A stretch of 63,106 nt of DNA, the filler included, from Octopus bimaculoides (lineage: Eukaryota), in NCBI RefSeq assembly GCF_001194135.2. It is 5 parts of 5 records of this genome, joined end to end, with 100 filler letters (N's around TTAATTAATTAA, not from the genome) between each part and the next. Parts side by side here need not be neighbours in the genome. Positions count along the whole stretch, not along the records: positions 1 to 15,317 come from NC_068988.1; positions 15,418 to 39,037 come from NC_069008.1; 3 more parts are not named here. One strand, written 5' to 3'. Positions 13,434-26,509 of the stretch are shown in pieces. A program made the translations under genes and the position numbers. Within the stretch, counting starts at the first letter, position 1. Each line of letters starts with the position of its first letter. The notes below the pieces were generated by a model, which worked only from the letters and a program-made list of their open reading frames with translations, made no database searches and was not told where the DNA came from.

Positions 13434-13902
13434 GTAAGTACCAAGTAATTTACATTCATTAATAACGAATAATGAAAAACCCGGTTTGTTGTCATTTCTC
13501 TTATCAAGCCATCTCGGTGCGTGTGTACACAGATGTCTACATTATACGCGCACGTATATAAATATATGTGTGCATGTATGTATATGCCTGTCTGAAAAAC
13601 GAATGCCGTCTGAACGCATGGAAACTCGAGGCCTCTGCACAGTTTTAGGGATCAAATATCTATGTAAGGTTAGGACCACGATGAATTCCTATAGTAGTGA
13701 TAAGAGGGGCCCTTCTGAATGTGTACATTATACGTCGGTGTGTGTAAGTGCCTGTCTATGTATTGGTGTGCGCATCTTTGTTTATGTATATGTGAGTGTA
13801 TATTTAACATATTTGTCGTATGTTTACCTATTTTCAAGATTGTGTGTTTATGTATTTATGTTTCGAACGTGTTTACCGTTTGTGGGTACTCTATTGTCAG
13901 TG

Positions 13903-13949
<47 letters not shown>

Positions 13950-14731
13950 CACACACATACATACACACATATATATACATCCTATATACACGCACCATGA
14001 TATATACTAACATATTTCTATTATTTGCACAAGTACCTATATATCCATGCTGACTTCATGTATACACAAGCACAAATAAGTATGCAGCTTGCTTACATGC
14101 AGTACTCCAACATACATCTATCTTATATACATTTTTAGCACACACGCATACATACATGCATACATACATACATACGTGCATACATATATACAAGCGCTAG
14201 TTCATATACACTTATACATCGGCGCACATATATGCAGTTGTGTATATATGCTATATACACAACCGATGGAGCCGAGCCATAATACAAAAAAAAAAACGGT
14301 GGTGGAGCTCAGTGTGGTTGTTCCACGTGCTAGAAATAGCAGCCAAATCTTATACTCTAACTTCTTTGAAAAGAACACTTCGGATAATGCAGACGCTCGT
14401 TTCCCTACACAGAGAAAAAAAATATGATGGGATGGTCACGGCTGGAATGAAAGAAAATCCGAATCTCCTTCAAATCATGGGGTATCGTTTTACTAAAAGG
14501 ACACATTTGATAAATCATAGTATGGAAGAGGGGGGCGGGTTGTCGAACTAATTTAGGGTTGAACAGCAAAGACCGTCTCTCAGTGCTAGATAAAGTAGGC
14601 GACTGAGTGGTCTCCTGATATATTAGAAATAGCAACCATAACTCCCTCAAATCATGCCAGAGTATCTTTAATAGGCATGGGTATAATAATAAGGTCCCGC
14701 ATGCATACTGCTTTAAAAAAGTAATAAAAGG

Positions 14732-14767
<36 letters not shown>

Positions 14768-15279
14768 AATGATCGCAGCTTGAATTCATTTTGATCATGG
14801 ATTTGCTGGATCAGATTGACCTAGGGCTAAACTACGACCCTTTTTTACATTTTATGTCAGCTTTTATTGTCTGGTGGTGATGGTACATTAAATGGGGTTG
14901 AAATCTATGGTGGAGGAAGGGTTATTTATAGTCGCTGTTGTTATTTTAGCCTAAGTCAATTCTGATTCAGCTGCAGACCTATTCATCAAATGTGTGCCAT
15001 CTGGCCGTGGCCGTCCCATCTTTTATTCAGACGTAATACATCTTCCTTGTGCCGTTAAATCAGCGAATGACTCCCTCCTCTACTTATGTGTGTGTTTGTC
15101 TAAGCTGTGTGGGTGCGCTCTACCTTTATTACAAATAGGTATGGTACTTGTGTGTGTGTTTGCATGTTGTTATGCGTGTTTGCCTGTCTTCAGAACTTAT
15201 TTGAGTGTGTTTACGTTTGTTCATACTTCGTGTTCTGTTACTGTATGTGAATGTGTGTGTATACACACGCACACGCATT

Positions 15280-15317
<38 letters not shown>

Positions 15318-15417
15318 NNNNNNNNNNNNNNNNNNNNNNNNNNNNNNNNNNNNNNNNNNNNTTAATTAATTAANNNNNNNNNNNNNNNNNNNNNNNNNNN
15401 NNNNNNNNNNNNNNNNN
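15318..15417. other. Artificial scaffold spacer N44-TTAATTAATTAA-N44 (also 39038-39137, 59228-59327, 60441-60540)
   Basis: Four identical 100-bp blocks; the linker is palindromic with stops in all six frames. Confidence 0.92.
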
Positions 15418-15816
15418 CCACAACTGGTTCATGGATTATTTGCTACTGGGCTGCAGAGAAATAATTAACTTGTTTAAAATTATATAATAATTAAATTGAA
15501 TATTGGACTTTAATTTGAAAAGATTTCTTTAAATATTCATGTGCTCAATACGATCTGTTGTAAGTGCTTTTTACAATTAATGTATATTCTTAATAACTTT
15601 CAACACATGAGAGTGAAAAGATCATACACTTTTTCTTTTTCCTTCAATAAATNNNNNNNNNNCACATGAGAGTGAAAAGATCATACACTTTTTCTTTTTC
15701 CTTCAATAAATTGTACTTTTTTATTATTGGTCTCTTTATCGAAATGCACTCAAATTACACACATGTGCCGCGGTCCGTATGAAGTTGGATCGTGGTATAA
15801 AAATGGTTGGAGACCC
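15418..15816 (+). mobile_element. hAT-like non-autonomous element (second copy at 35142-35320)
   Basis: 15418-15540 matches 35163-35315; cagaggtccacaacc end at 35142 and ggttggagaccc end at 15805-15816. Confidence 0.55.
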
Positions 15817-17172
15817 ATATCCAGCCTATCTGCAATTGTATCTATGTAAGGAAAATAATGTAGCATTGCGATATTTCTAATAAAATCTTTCGGGACATTA
15901 ATCTTGAGTTCATGTGTTTAAGTAACTTCAACAGTAGCCCTGGGCCGTTTAAAACCTTGTGACTACATTTGGATGACGAAATCTTTCTGTTGTGTGTATA
16001 TATACACACACACAGGCACAGGAGTGGCTGTGTGGTAANNNNNNNNNNNNNNNNNNNNNNNNNNNNNNNNNNNNNNNNNNNNNNNNNNNNNNNNNNNNNN
16101 NNNNNNNNNNNNNNNNNNNNNNNNNNNNNNNNNNNNNNNNNNNNNNNNNNNNNNNNNNNNNNNNNNNNNNNNNNNNNNNNNNNNNNNNNNNNATATATAT
16201 ATATATATATGTGTGTGCCTGTGTTTGTCCCACCCAAATCGGTTGACAACTGATGCTGGTGTGTTTAAGTCCCTGTAACTTAGTGGTTCGGCAAAAGAAA
16301 CCGATAGAATAAGTCCNNNNNNNNNNNNNNNNNNNNNNNNNNNNNNNNNNNNNNNNNNNNNNNNNNNNNNNNNNNNNNNNNNNNNNNNNNNNNNNNNNNN
16401 NNNNNNNNNNNNNNNNNNNNNNNNNNNNNNNNNNNNNNNNNNNNNNNNNNNNNNNNNNNNNNNNNNNNNNNNATGTTGTCTCACAAGCAGTTGCGCAGTC
16501 AAAAGTTTTAGTAAATGTGGTCACATTGACCTGAAAATTTGCACACCTATGTTAAAAGTGGTGGGGAGTTTACGTGGCAAGTTTGAGTTTGTGCAATTGA
16601 AAAGCATGGCCTCTAGGGCAAAATTCCTCATCTTTAAAATGTGGCCCAAGTAGCCCCGAATGAAATNNNNNNNNNNNNNNNNNNNNNNNNNNNNNNNNNN
16701 NNNNNNNNNATATATATATATATATATATATGTGGATGTATGTATATATTTGATTTTGCTGATAATAAATTTTATTAAGATTTATTAAAGGGTACATCTC
16801 CATTTTCTTATTTTCATTTGATTGATTATAAACCATGGTTTATATATAAACCTATCATTTTCCCTAAACATACTAGGGATCTAACCAGTTACTCTTTGAA
16901 TGTTGCCATCCCTTAACTAAGGCTAATTTAACCTCTAATTGAACTTATTGAAAAAAGAAAACACCCAAAGGTGCTGCTTCACCTTTTTAATCAGTGGACA
17001 GTAGAAGAAAATTTAAAAAATAGAATAAATTTATTTTTAATTGATAATAATTCCAAATAATTAACACTATGANNNNNNNNNNNNNNNNNNNNNNNNNNNN
17101 NNNNNNNNNNNNNNNNNNNNNNNNNNNNNNNNNNNNNNNNNNNNNNNNNNNNNNNNNNNNNNNNNNNNNNNN

Positions 17173-18222
17173 AAATGTCGCATGAATCATAGACGTCTCT
17201 CTTCAATAGCTAGAAATAGCAGTCCAATCAAGGATATCTCGCATCCTTAGCTAGAAATAACAGCCAAATGTCGCATGAATCATAGATGTCTCTCTTCAAT
17301 AGCTAGAAATAGCAGCCCAATCAAGGATATCTCTCATCCTTAGCTAGAAATAACAGCCAAATGTCGCACGAATCATAGACGTCTCTCTTCAATAGCTAGA
17401 AATAGCAGCNNNNNNNNNNNNNNNNNNNNNNNNNNNNNNNNNNNNNNNNNNNNNNNNNNNNNNNNNNNNNNNNNNNNNNNNNNNNNNNNNNNNNNNNNNN
17501 NNNNNNNNNNNNNNNNNNNNNNNNNNNNNNNNNNNNNNNNNNNNNNNNNNNNNNNNNNNNNNNNNNNNNNNNNNNNNNNNNNNNNNNNNNNNNNNNNNNN
17601 NNNNNNNNNNNNNNNNNNNNNNNNNNNNNNNNNNNNNNNNNNNNNNNNNNNNNNNNNNNNNNNNNNNNNNNNNNNNNNNNNNNNNNNNNNNNNNNNNNNN
17701 NNNNNNNNNNNNNNNNNNNNNNNNNNNNNNNNNNNNNNNNNNNNNNNNNNNNNNNNNNNNNNNNNNNNNNNNNNNNNNNNNNNNNNNNNNNNNNNNNNNN
17801 NNNNNNNNNNNNNNNNNNNNNNNNNNNNNNNNNNNNNNNNNNNNNNNNNNNNNNNNNNNNNNNNNNNNNNNNNNNNNNNNNNNNNNNNNNNNNNNNNNNN
17901 NNNNNNNNNNNNNNNNNNNNNNNNNNNNNNNNNNNNNNNNNNNNNNNNNNNNNNNNNGCATCCTTAGCTAGAAATAACAGCCAAATGTCGCATGAATCAT
18001 AGATGTCTCTCTTCAATAGCTAGAAATAGCAGCCCAATCAAGGATATCTCTCATCCTTAGCTAGAAATAACAGCCAAATGTCGCATGAATCATAGACGTC
18101 TCTCTTCAATAGCTAGAAATAGCAGCCCAATCAAGGATATCTCTCATCCTTAGCTAGAAATAACAGCCAAATGTCGCACGAATCATAGACGTCTCTCTTC
18201 AATAGCTAGAAATAGCAGCTCA
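17173..18222. repeat. 93-bp tandem repeat (41+52 bp dimer), partly in gap
   Basis: Period 93 (17173, 17266); both subunits start agctagaaata(g/a)cagc. Confidence 0.92.
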
Positions 18223-18530
18223 ATCCCGCACAAATCAAGGACATCTTTCATTCATAAAACAGAAATCGTACAAAGAATCGACGCGCCAAACACCGAACGT
18301 GTACAGGATTAAAAACATCGAATATTTTCATTGTTTAATACTTACGGATATGTTTCATAAACAATAATGTTGTTATATATGTATGGATCTGATAGTTGAG
18401 AAATACATTATAACTATTATAAATGTTAAAGACAGATTCGTGCATAGGAAATCTAATCGTTCAATACGCATGCGTATATTAGTTCCTGAGTCTAATTATT
18501 TCCCTTTACGTATGAATATATTGCTGTTGA
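18204..18530 (-). promoter_or_regulatory. Second copy of the candidate promoter/first-exon module
   Basis: Shares atcgacgcgccaaa (18277-18290), ttcattgtttaatacttacgga (donor at 18345) and taattatytccctttaygtatkaatata with the 24-kb copy; perfect palindrome atacgcatgcgtat 18464-18477. Confidence 0.4.
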
Positions 18531-18839
18531 CGTGTGCGTGTGTGCGTGTTCTGTGCAGAGATAAAACTGGGTAATAACATTATTAGGAGAGGTTGAAAGA
18601 AATGGATAAGGTTATCCAAGTTGAACAGAGATGACAAAGGATAGTACAAAACCAGAGGAAAAAGAAAGGTGGGTGGGGGAAGCTTACAGATTATGGTTTT
18701 ACTTCCTGATCTAGAATCCAGGATGAAATAACTTCACATAGATATGAGATGGTACCTGGAAGTCGTTTTCCATATGAAGGTCGTATCCTAATAAACCACA
18801 TATTTTAAGCATTTTAGATGTAATTCCTAATGGCCAAGG

Positions 18840-19640
18840 GGCTTTCACAGTTTTCATACTCTTAACTGCCACTAATAAGAATGCCTGAACCCGTTCTTAT
18901 GTTTTACTTCAGGAAAGCTCTCTCATATTCCTGCTCTACATTTAGTAGCCTTTCATATTCGCACTTCCATTCCTCTCTCTTCTCACAATCAATGAATGCA
19001 AGTCTGCAATTATCCATCTGCACACACATCCCACATTTCAATTTCTGCAAACTAGAATACTTCATAATTTTGATCCTCAATCTGTAGAATGTTAGCATAC
19101 CTTTTTTCAGCTTTTGTCTTTGCTAAATGGCCCCTAACTTCTCTTCCAGCTATCAACTGTTCCTGTTCTTCCAAGACTGCCTTTTTGCTTTTATCCCTCA
19201 ATATATTTCCATGTTCAGCCATCACATCACCCTTCACCTAGCAGACATTTTCCACAGATTTCTTCAGAAGCTCTCACTAGTTTGTTTTGTAAGAACTTCC
19301 AGTCATCGTTTATGTTATACATCTCCACATCTCCAACCATTTGGAGGGACCCTAAGCTTCCAGATTGATTGAAATCTCTCAGACCTTGTTCTCAGTCACA
19401 AGTCACTTATTGCTATCCTATGTTGGGAAGTCCATTTTTTTTTTTTACCAAGGAATGACTCAGCATTCACAAATGTCTGCCTATCCTGCTTTCTGGTGAG
19501 AATGTAGCCAATCTGGCTTGTGTGTCACAAAATCCATAGGTGATAAAGTGGCTGGTAGGTTTCCTCAAAATCTGAAGTTAGTATTCACAAAAACAGGTTG
19601 GGGTTTAGAATGACCAGAATATCTTCCAAAACGTTTTCTT
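18840..19640 (-). mobile_element. Decayed RTE-like LINE fragment (APE endonuclease end and linker)
   Basis: NTNFR/KPTSHFITY, SQIGYILTRK (19498-19518), EKRYANILQIEDQ, KREEWKCEYERLLNVEQE in broken frames. Confidence 0.75.
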
Positions 19641-20172
19641 CTATTTGATGAAAATCATCCTAATATGGACCCTTGAAAATTTATCTCTGCATCGTTTAAT
19701 TTAAAGAAACTATTCTTCAGAAACAAACCATGAATCAGTCTGGTGTGGAGCATTAAACTATACTTATGCCCCATGTTTTTTCTTTGTGGTCTCATCTGTT
19801 TTGTACTTGGGGGTCATTGTTTATGTACATATTTGACAACTTTACAATATTCTTGTGCATGAAAAAGTCATAACATATGTTATTGTATAACATATTTAAT
19901 GAGTGAAGCATTTAAAAAGTGATAAACAATAAATATACAGCAACTTAGGGATGTGATATTCAATAAAAAATAATGTGTAGGGTTGTCAGGAGGAAGAATT
20001 TTGGTACAGAGGTCCTTACATCATAGAAAGGAATTTGCATGAACAGTTGTGGAACAAAGAGATGTGAAAATTGCAATAACAAAACAAAAATATCTAAAAT
20101 GTTTGAAAATACTTTAATCATATTTTCCATTGCATGGAACTCAAGAATATTAAAAATATAGCAAACAAGAAA

Positions 20173-21164
<992 letters not shown>

Positions 21165-21521
21165 TACTTTTCTTCTCAAATCCCAGTTTATATATTTTTC
21201 TTCCTTTTGTTCTTGTACTTTATATCTTACAAACACGTTTACTGCTGTACTTCTGTTCAGTGTTACTTTTCTTTGGCAACACTTACATAAATTTATCCAT
21301 CTGCAATGAGCAAACAGGGTCCTCTTCTTTGACACTCCAGTCAGGGATGTTCATAAATATGGCTAATAATATTATTTCAGAGCAAATGTTTCACAGGAAT
21401 TCTAACACAGATTTGTAGAAATAATGCAATACATCTGTTTTGTATACTATTTTTCTTCAGTCTTTAAAACATGGTAGATACTGAAGATGTTTCTTCTGTT
21501 ACATCAATGTCATCTGATGTT

Positions 21522-21540
21522 CTGAAATTATAGAGAAACA
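21522..21540 (-). other. Splice acceptor of the ZNF-A terminal exon
   Basis: minus strand gttgtttctctataatttcAG|aacatcagatga, homologous to the sites at 30929 and 38277. Confidence 0.7.
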
Positions 21541-21611
21541 ACAGTATAAGATGTGGAGGCTATTTAAAAAATACAAATTCATTTCTGTAGAAAGAGACAT
21601 TTACCTTAACA

Positions 21612-22069
21612 ACTGAGCTGGATTCTGACAGCTCCAAAAAGAAGTCCTTAAAAGCAAATGGAGCATGTGGAAGTGCAACACCCAAAAAGACATGGGATGA
21701 AATACTGAAGAACATTTCAGGTGAGACAAAGAGGTCCAAGATACCTGGTGTCTTGTTGCACTCAAGAAGATCTGCACTCCATAACAGAAGTGTCATGACT
21801 CATCCCTCTGGTGGTGAAAAGCACTTGTGGCCATTCCTTATAAAAGCAGCCATGAAAAAGTTCTATCACGTTAAAGTGTCCATGTGTTGCCATGTAAAAG
21901 TGCCACATAAAAGCACCCTGCACACTGTCAAGTGGCTGACACTAGGAAGGGCATCCAGTAGAAACCAAGACAAATCGGACTGGAGTCTGCTGCAGCTCCC
22001 CAGCTTGACAGCTCTGCTCAAGCCATCCAACCATGCCAACATAGACAACTGAAATTAAAAGATGATGAA
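21612..22069 (+). mobile_element. Older RTE 3' fragment inserted upstream of the ZNF-A acceptor, with a 7-bp target-site duplication
   Basis: PKKTWDEIL motif, ggaagggcatccag 3'UTR core, gatgatgaa tail; CTTAACA at 21605-21611 and 22070-22076; absent at the homologous ZNF-C site. Confidence 0.7.
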
Positions 22070-22920
22070 CTTAACAGTTCAATTTCTTAAAATTTACATC
22101 ACAGAATCTTGTGTGAAGCTGACATATTTGTAATCTAAACTGACACCTTCACATTGTGTAACAGTTTAAAAATAAAACAACAGAATAGTGGACACTAGCA
22201 AGCATTAGTCTTTCTCCAGAAATAGAACTTGACATTGTTGTTTAGTCCAGGTCAGCTCTGACTGATTATAGACATACCATCCATGAACATCTTGTCTGTT
22301 TCTATGACTACATCATCCAATACAGCCTTTAATATTTATGACTGGAAGTTGAAATTGAAGGAAAATGTGTGGTTACATGATCACATGGATAGCTGTAAGA
22401 CCTACAATCGTCAGAACAAATGAAACAAGTATAATAAATGATGAAAAGTCAACCGAATTAGAAAAAAAAAACTAAAAAAACTTTAATTTAATCCATGTGA
22501 TATCAAGTTCAATCTCACAAAGCAGCACTTTGAGCAAGTTTCTTCTTTAATAGCACCAGTGCATCTAAAGCCATCTGAATGGGTTTCATAGACAGAAACT
22601 GAAAGAAGTCTGTCCTGTGTGTGTCTGTGTGTCTACACATCACATAACACGTGAATGCACATCTACATGAAAAATATGTGAAGATATTGGGGAAGTATTA
22701 CCTTGCCTGGAAACTGGTGACAGTTAATAACAGGAAGGCCATCTGGCAGAAAAACTCGGCCTGACTCATGAAAAAACGTAAAAGTGTCTTTTAATTAGCA
22801 GCTAATTTTTTGGCAGATCATCATCATCATCACTATTGTTTTAACATCCAAATTTTTATACTTGCACAAGTTAAATACTTTTTCTGTACAATTCACTTAA
22901 AACAATGGGGAAAGACTTTG

Positions 22921-23448
22921 GCACTGTCATGGTATTAGCTGTCAGAAGTGAAAGTAGAAAAATCTGACAAGGAACGTTACTGCTGGTTTGAGTTGATTCT
23001 TTGGCTACTGACAGCTAATACCATGACTGGCCGGAGCGAGCTATCTGTCTGTCTGTCTATCTATCTATCACTCGAAAGTTATTGGAACAAATTTGACACC
23101 TATATCCATGCGTTTGAAAACACACAGAGTATAAGGGTACTACTAAAGCAGAGTGGTCCCGAACGCGCAGTCGCGCGTCCGCGCTAGCTAGTCGTGAGTG
23201 GTCGATCCTATTATTTTTAAATTTGCGTTTTCTAATTTGATAAATTCTACGGACACAAACAGAGGTGAACGAATGATAGATAGATAGATAGAAAGATAGA
23301 TATAGAGAGAGATAGATAGTGAGATAGAGAGACAGGCGGACAGACAGATAGCTCCGGCTAGTCAGTAGCCAAAGAATCAACTCAAACCAGCAGTAACGTT
23401 CCTTGTCAGTTCTACTTTCAGTTCTGACAGCTAATACCATGACAGTGC
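22921..23448. repeat. Long inverted duplication (~150-170 bp arms, ~200 bp spacer)
   Basis: 22964-23012 is the exact 49-nt reverse complement of 23361-23409; the outer ends gcactgtcatggtattagctgtcagaa also pair. Confidence 0.95.
23135..23210 (+). mobile_element. Left-arm half copy of the GGTACTACTAAAG element
   Basis: gggtactactaaagcagagtggtccc...cgcgctagctagtcgtgagtggtcgatccta. Confidence 0.8.
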
Positions 23449-24023
23449 ATTGTTAAAGGAACAAATGAAATCCATGGAAACTCACTCTTTGCCCTTACAA
23501 CAGTGAATCACCATTAGAATTCTTTTCGGGAAACGGGTTTGCGGCAAATTAGGTCAGGGCACTTGATTCCACACAAAAAATTAGATTTCTTTCTTAGTGA
23601 AAACGGTGCAGGTGTACTTCCCGATGGAGGTGGGAGTGGGGTGACATTTCCAAGGGTTCTACCCTACCCCACACCGTTTACCAAACAAAAAACAAAACAA
23701 AAGGAGGTCACTGTAATTCATTCCACGGAAAAAAAAAGGAATTCCGATGATTCCAGGATACGGGGGGGGCGGTTTTCCCCCCACCCTTATTTCCGAACAA
23801 AACCAAGGGGTTTGCGGCACATTAGAGGGACAGGGTACTTGATTCTACGCAAAAAACAGATACGTTTTCAAAATTTTTTTATTTAATATTATCCATTTTG
23901 CAGAAAGTGATGAGGAAACAAATTACTACTTGGCTTGGGATACATCGGTAGTTAATCAATAAATTAAAATAAAATATTGGTTTCTGAACATTTCAGTTGT
24001 TAGTGTGTTTTTGAAAACATTTT

Positions 24024-24530
24024 TCAGCTAGAAAGAGCAGCTGCATCTCGCACAAAATTATAGACATGTCCTCTATAGCTACAAATAGCAGCCAAACCAC
24101 AAACAGATCATAGACATATTTCCTCCATAGCTAGAAATAACAGCTAAATCTCGTAGAAATCATAGAAATATAATGTTTATAAAACATAAAAGGGAAACAA
24201 ATCATCGACGCGCCAAAAACCGAAAGTCTAGAGAATTAATAGCACTGAATATCTTCATTGTTTAATACTTACGGAAATGCTTCATAAAGGATAGTGTTGT
24301 TATATATATGTGTATCTGGTAGTTAAGAAATGCATTATAAATATGTTTTATAAGTATTAAAAATGTATAATCAGCTGATTAAGAGAAATTGACGCACAGG
24401 ACATTTAACCGAGTGTCAACGTGAAGTGGGAAGTATCTTCAATGCGTATGCATATCTCTTCCTTCTTTAACAGCTAAGGCTAATTATCTCCCTTTATGTA
24501 TTAATATATAGATGGTATGTATGTGTTTGC
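24024..24530 (-). promoter_or_regulatory. Candidate promoter / non-coding first exon of ZNF-A
   Basis: CC|GTAAGT donor at 24272; TTTGGCGCG E2F-like motif 24208-24216; NRF1-like tgcgtatgca near 24443; homologous to 18204-18530. Confidence 0.4.
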
Positions 24531-24531
24531 T

Positions 24532-24641
24532 GTGGAGGCGCAATGGCCCAGTGGTTAGGGCGGCGGACTCGCGGTCATAGGATCGCGGTTTCGATTCCCA
24601 GACCGGGCGTTGTGAGTGTTTATTGAGCACCTAAAGCTCCA
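24532..24641 (+). mobile_element. Family-A SINE, tRNA-like head only
   Basis: gtggaggcgcaatggcccagtggttaggg...ggtttcgattcccagaccgggcg. Confidence 0.85.
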
Positions 24642-26248
24642 GCGGATGTAAATAAATAAAAAAGATTAACGAACCCGGATGACAGTTTTAGTCAAAACGA
24701 AAGATCGCTAAATTTTCTAAAACCTAAATATTTTCAAACAAGAATTAATGTGATGTAAAAAAGATTTGACTGTTGTTTCTAGCATATCCCATGACCGGTA
24801 AGGTTTAGGGTTGAAAAGAATTTTAATAGCATAAATGAGTTTATGCTTAAAAACATCAATACTTNNNNNNNNNNNNNNNNNNNNNNNNNNNNNNNNNNNN
24901 NNNNNNNNNNNNNNNNNNNNNNNNNNNNNNNNNNNNNNNNNNNNNNNNNNNNNNNNNNNNNNNNNNNNNNNNNNNNNNNNNNNNNNNNNNNNNNNNNNNN
25001 NNNNNNNNNNNNNNNNNNNNNNNNNNNNNNNNNNNNNNNNNNNNNNNNNNNNNNNNNNNNNNNNNNNNNNNNNNNNNNNNNNNNNNNNNNNCTGGTAGAA
25101 TGTGTCATATAAAACATCTTTTACTCTTAGAGTTGTTGAGAAAAGTTTAGATTTTCACCAAGTTTGGTGAAAATACTCATAACCCTAAAGCTAAGACCAG
25201 TACAAACGCACGAACGATGTCATAAATAACAGCACCGCCGATAGTTGTTGTTGACAAACAACGGCACTAATTTTATTCAAGGGAAAAGATCAGCAGTAAT
25301 TGTTTTCACCTCAATAGACGTCAATGATTGGTTGAAATTACCGAAATACGACAACTCTTAACATGAAATAACTTCGAATATAAAATTTTTCTCTGTTCTA
25401 TAAGACAAAATATACAAGTATACGAAGTTTGAAACATAAATAAAAAGTGGTGTCCATCAATTCAGAAAGATCCAGAACTTCCCTCATACAAACACGCTCT
25501 CTCTGTCTCTTTCGCTTTCACGCCGACTTCGAAAGATCCCCACCACCCACCAATTCCATATGTAAAAAATTTACGGAAATTGACGATCATCTTCACAAGT
25601 GTAAATAAACACACGTGGTTTGTATCTAGCAGTCGTCTGTTCTTGTAACAAAAGATCGCCGAATCTTTCTCCTCTGTGTATATAATTTTACGGTGACTAG
25701 GGTAAAAATGTGATGAATAAACATAGGTTTAGGGCTACAGTTAGTTTTAAGTGGCGTGCACTCGCCTTACCTTCGCCCATTTTGTGATGTGATATACGAC
25801 AGAAATTATTATAACACTCAATGAAATTTTGGACTAAGAACACATTCGAGACCTTTTTATTTTCCTTCTTTTAAGAATAGACTTTGATATTCATATTCCA
25901 AACACATGCAAGTTCAATTCTGTAAAAATCTGTACACAAATTCAAATCTTTTCAATTTCTGCTTAAATTAAACATTACCCTGTAGCGGTTAAATGTGTAT
26001 CATGGAAAACAGATGCAAAAGGAATGTGTATGCCTTTGAAATAAACGAGTGAATCGATTCATAATTAAAAGTAATTTATTCCCTGGACTTAATTTGTTGT
26101 TGGTACACATAATTCTTCACTCCATACGAAATGTTGACAACTGCTACGAGTTGCCACAAATAGAAACAGGGTACATCTGTAGAAGTGATATATCACAAAT
26201 GAATATATGTTTGCGTGTGTGTGTACATAGTTCAACTGAGGCAGTAAT

Positions 26249-26509
26249 CTACCGTGGAACTTCGAACATTGCTCTAGTCTCTGAGAAAAGCTGTCGTGGC
26301 GTAGACGTTCCTCGTTTGGCTGCTAGGGCCTTCTCGCCTTTTGTCTTGTTGGCCACTAAATTTATAAGAATCGTGGCAGCTAGAAGGACAGACATACTGC
26401 AGCAGAGTTCGTACCTGAATAGGTCAACTCCTGTCCATTTGGACTTCGCCTGACATGGCTTTAGGTCGAAGGTCAAAGGGAGATCATCAATCACTTTTTG
26501 ACAGGACAA
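26249..26509 (-). other. Unassigned exon-like open frame
   Basis: GC-richer than its flanks, non-repetitive protein-like sequence (KVIDDLPLTFDLKPC...TSTPRQLFSE); no family recognised; could be TE-derived. Confidence 0.25.

Noticed and set aside
17173-18222. Regular repeat resembling a CRISPR array (also 62964-63106)
   Set aside because: No unique spacers, no cas genes, eukaryotic context
24538-24612. tRNA-like sequence
   Set aside because: No paired acceptor stem; continues directly into the SINE body seen in other copies
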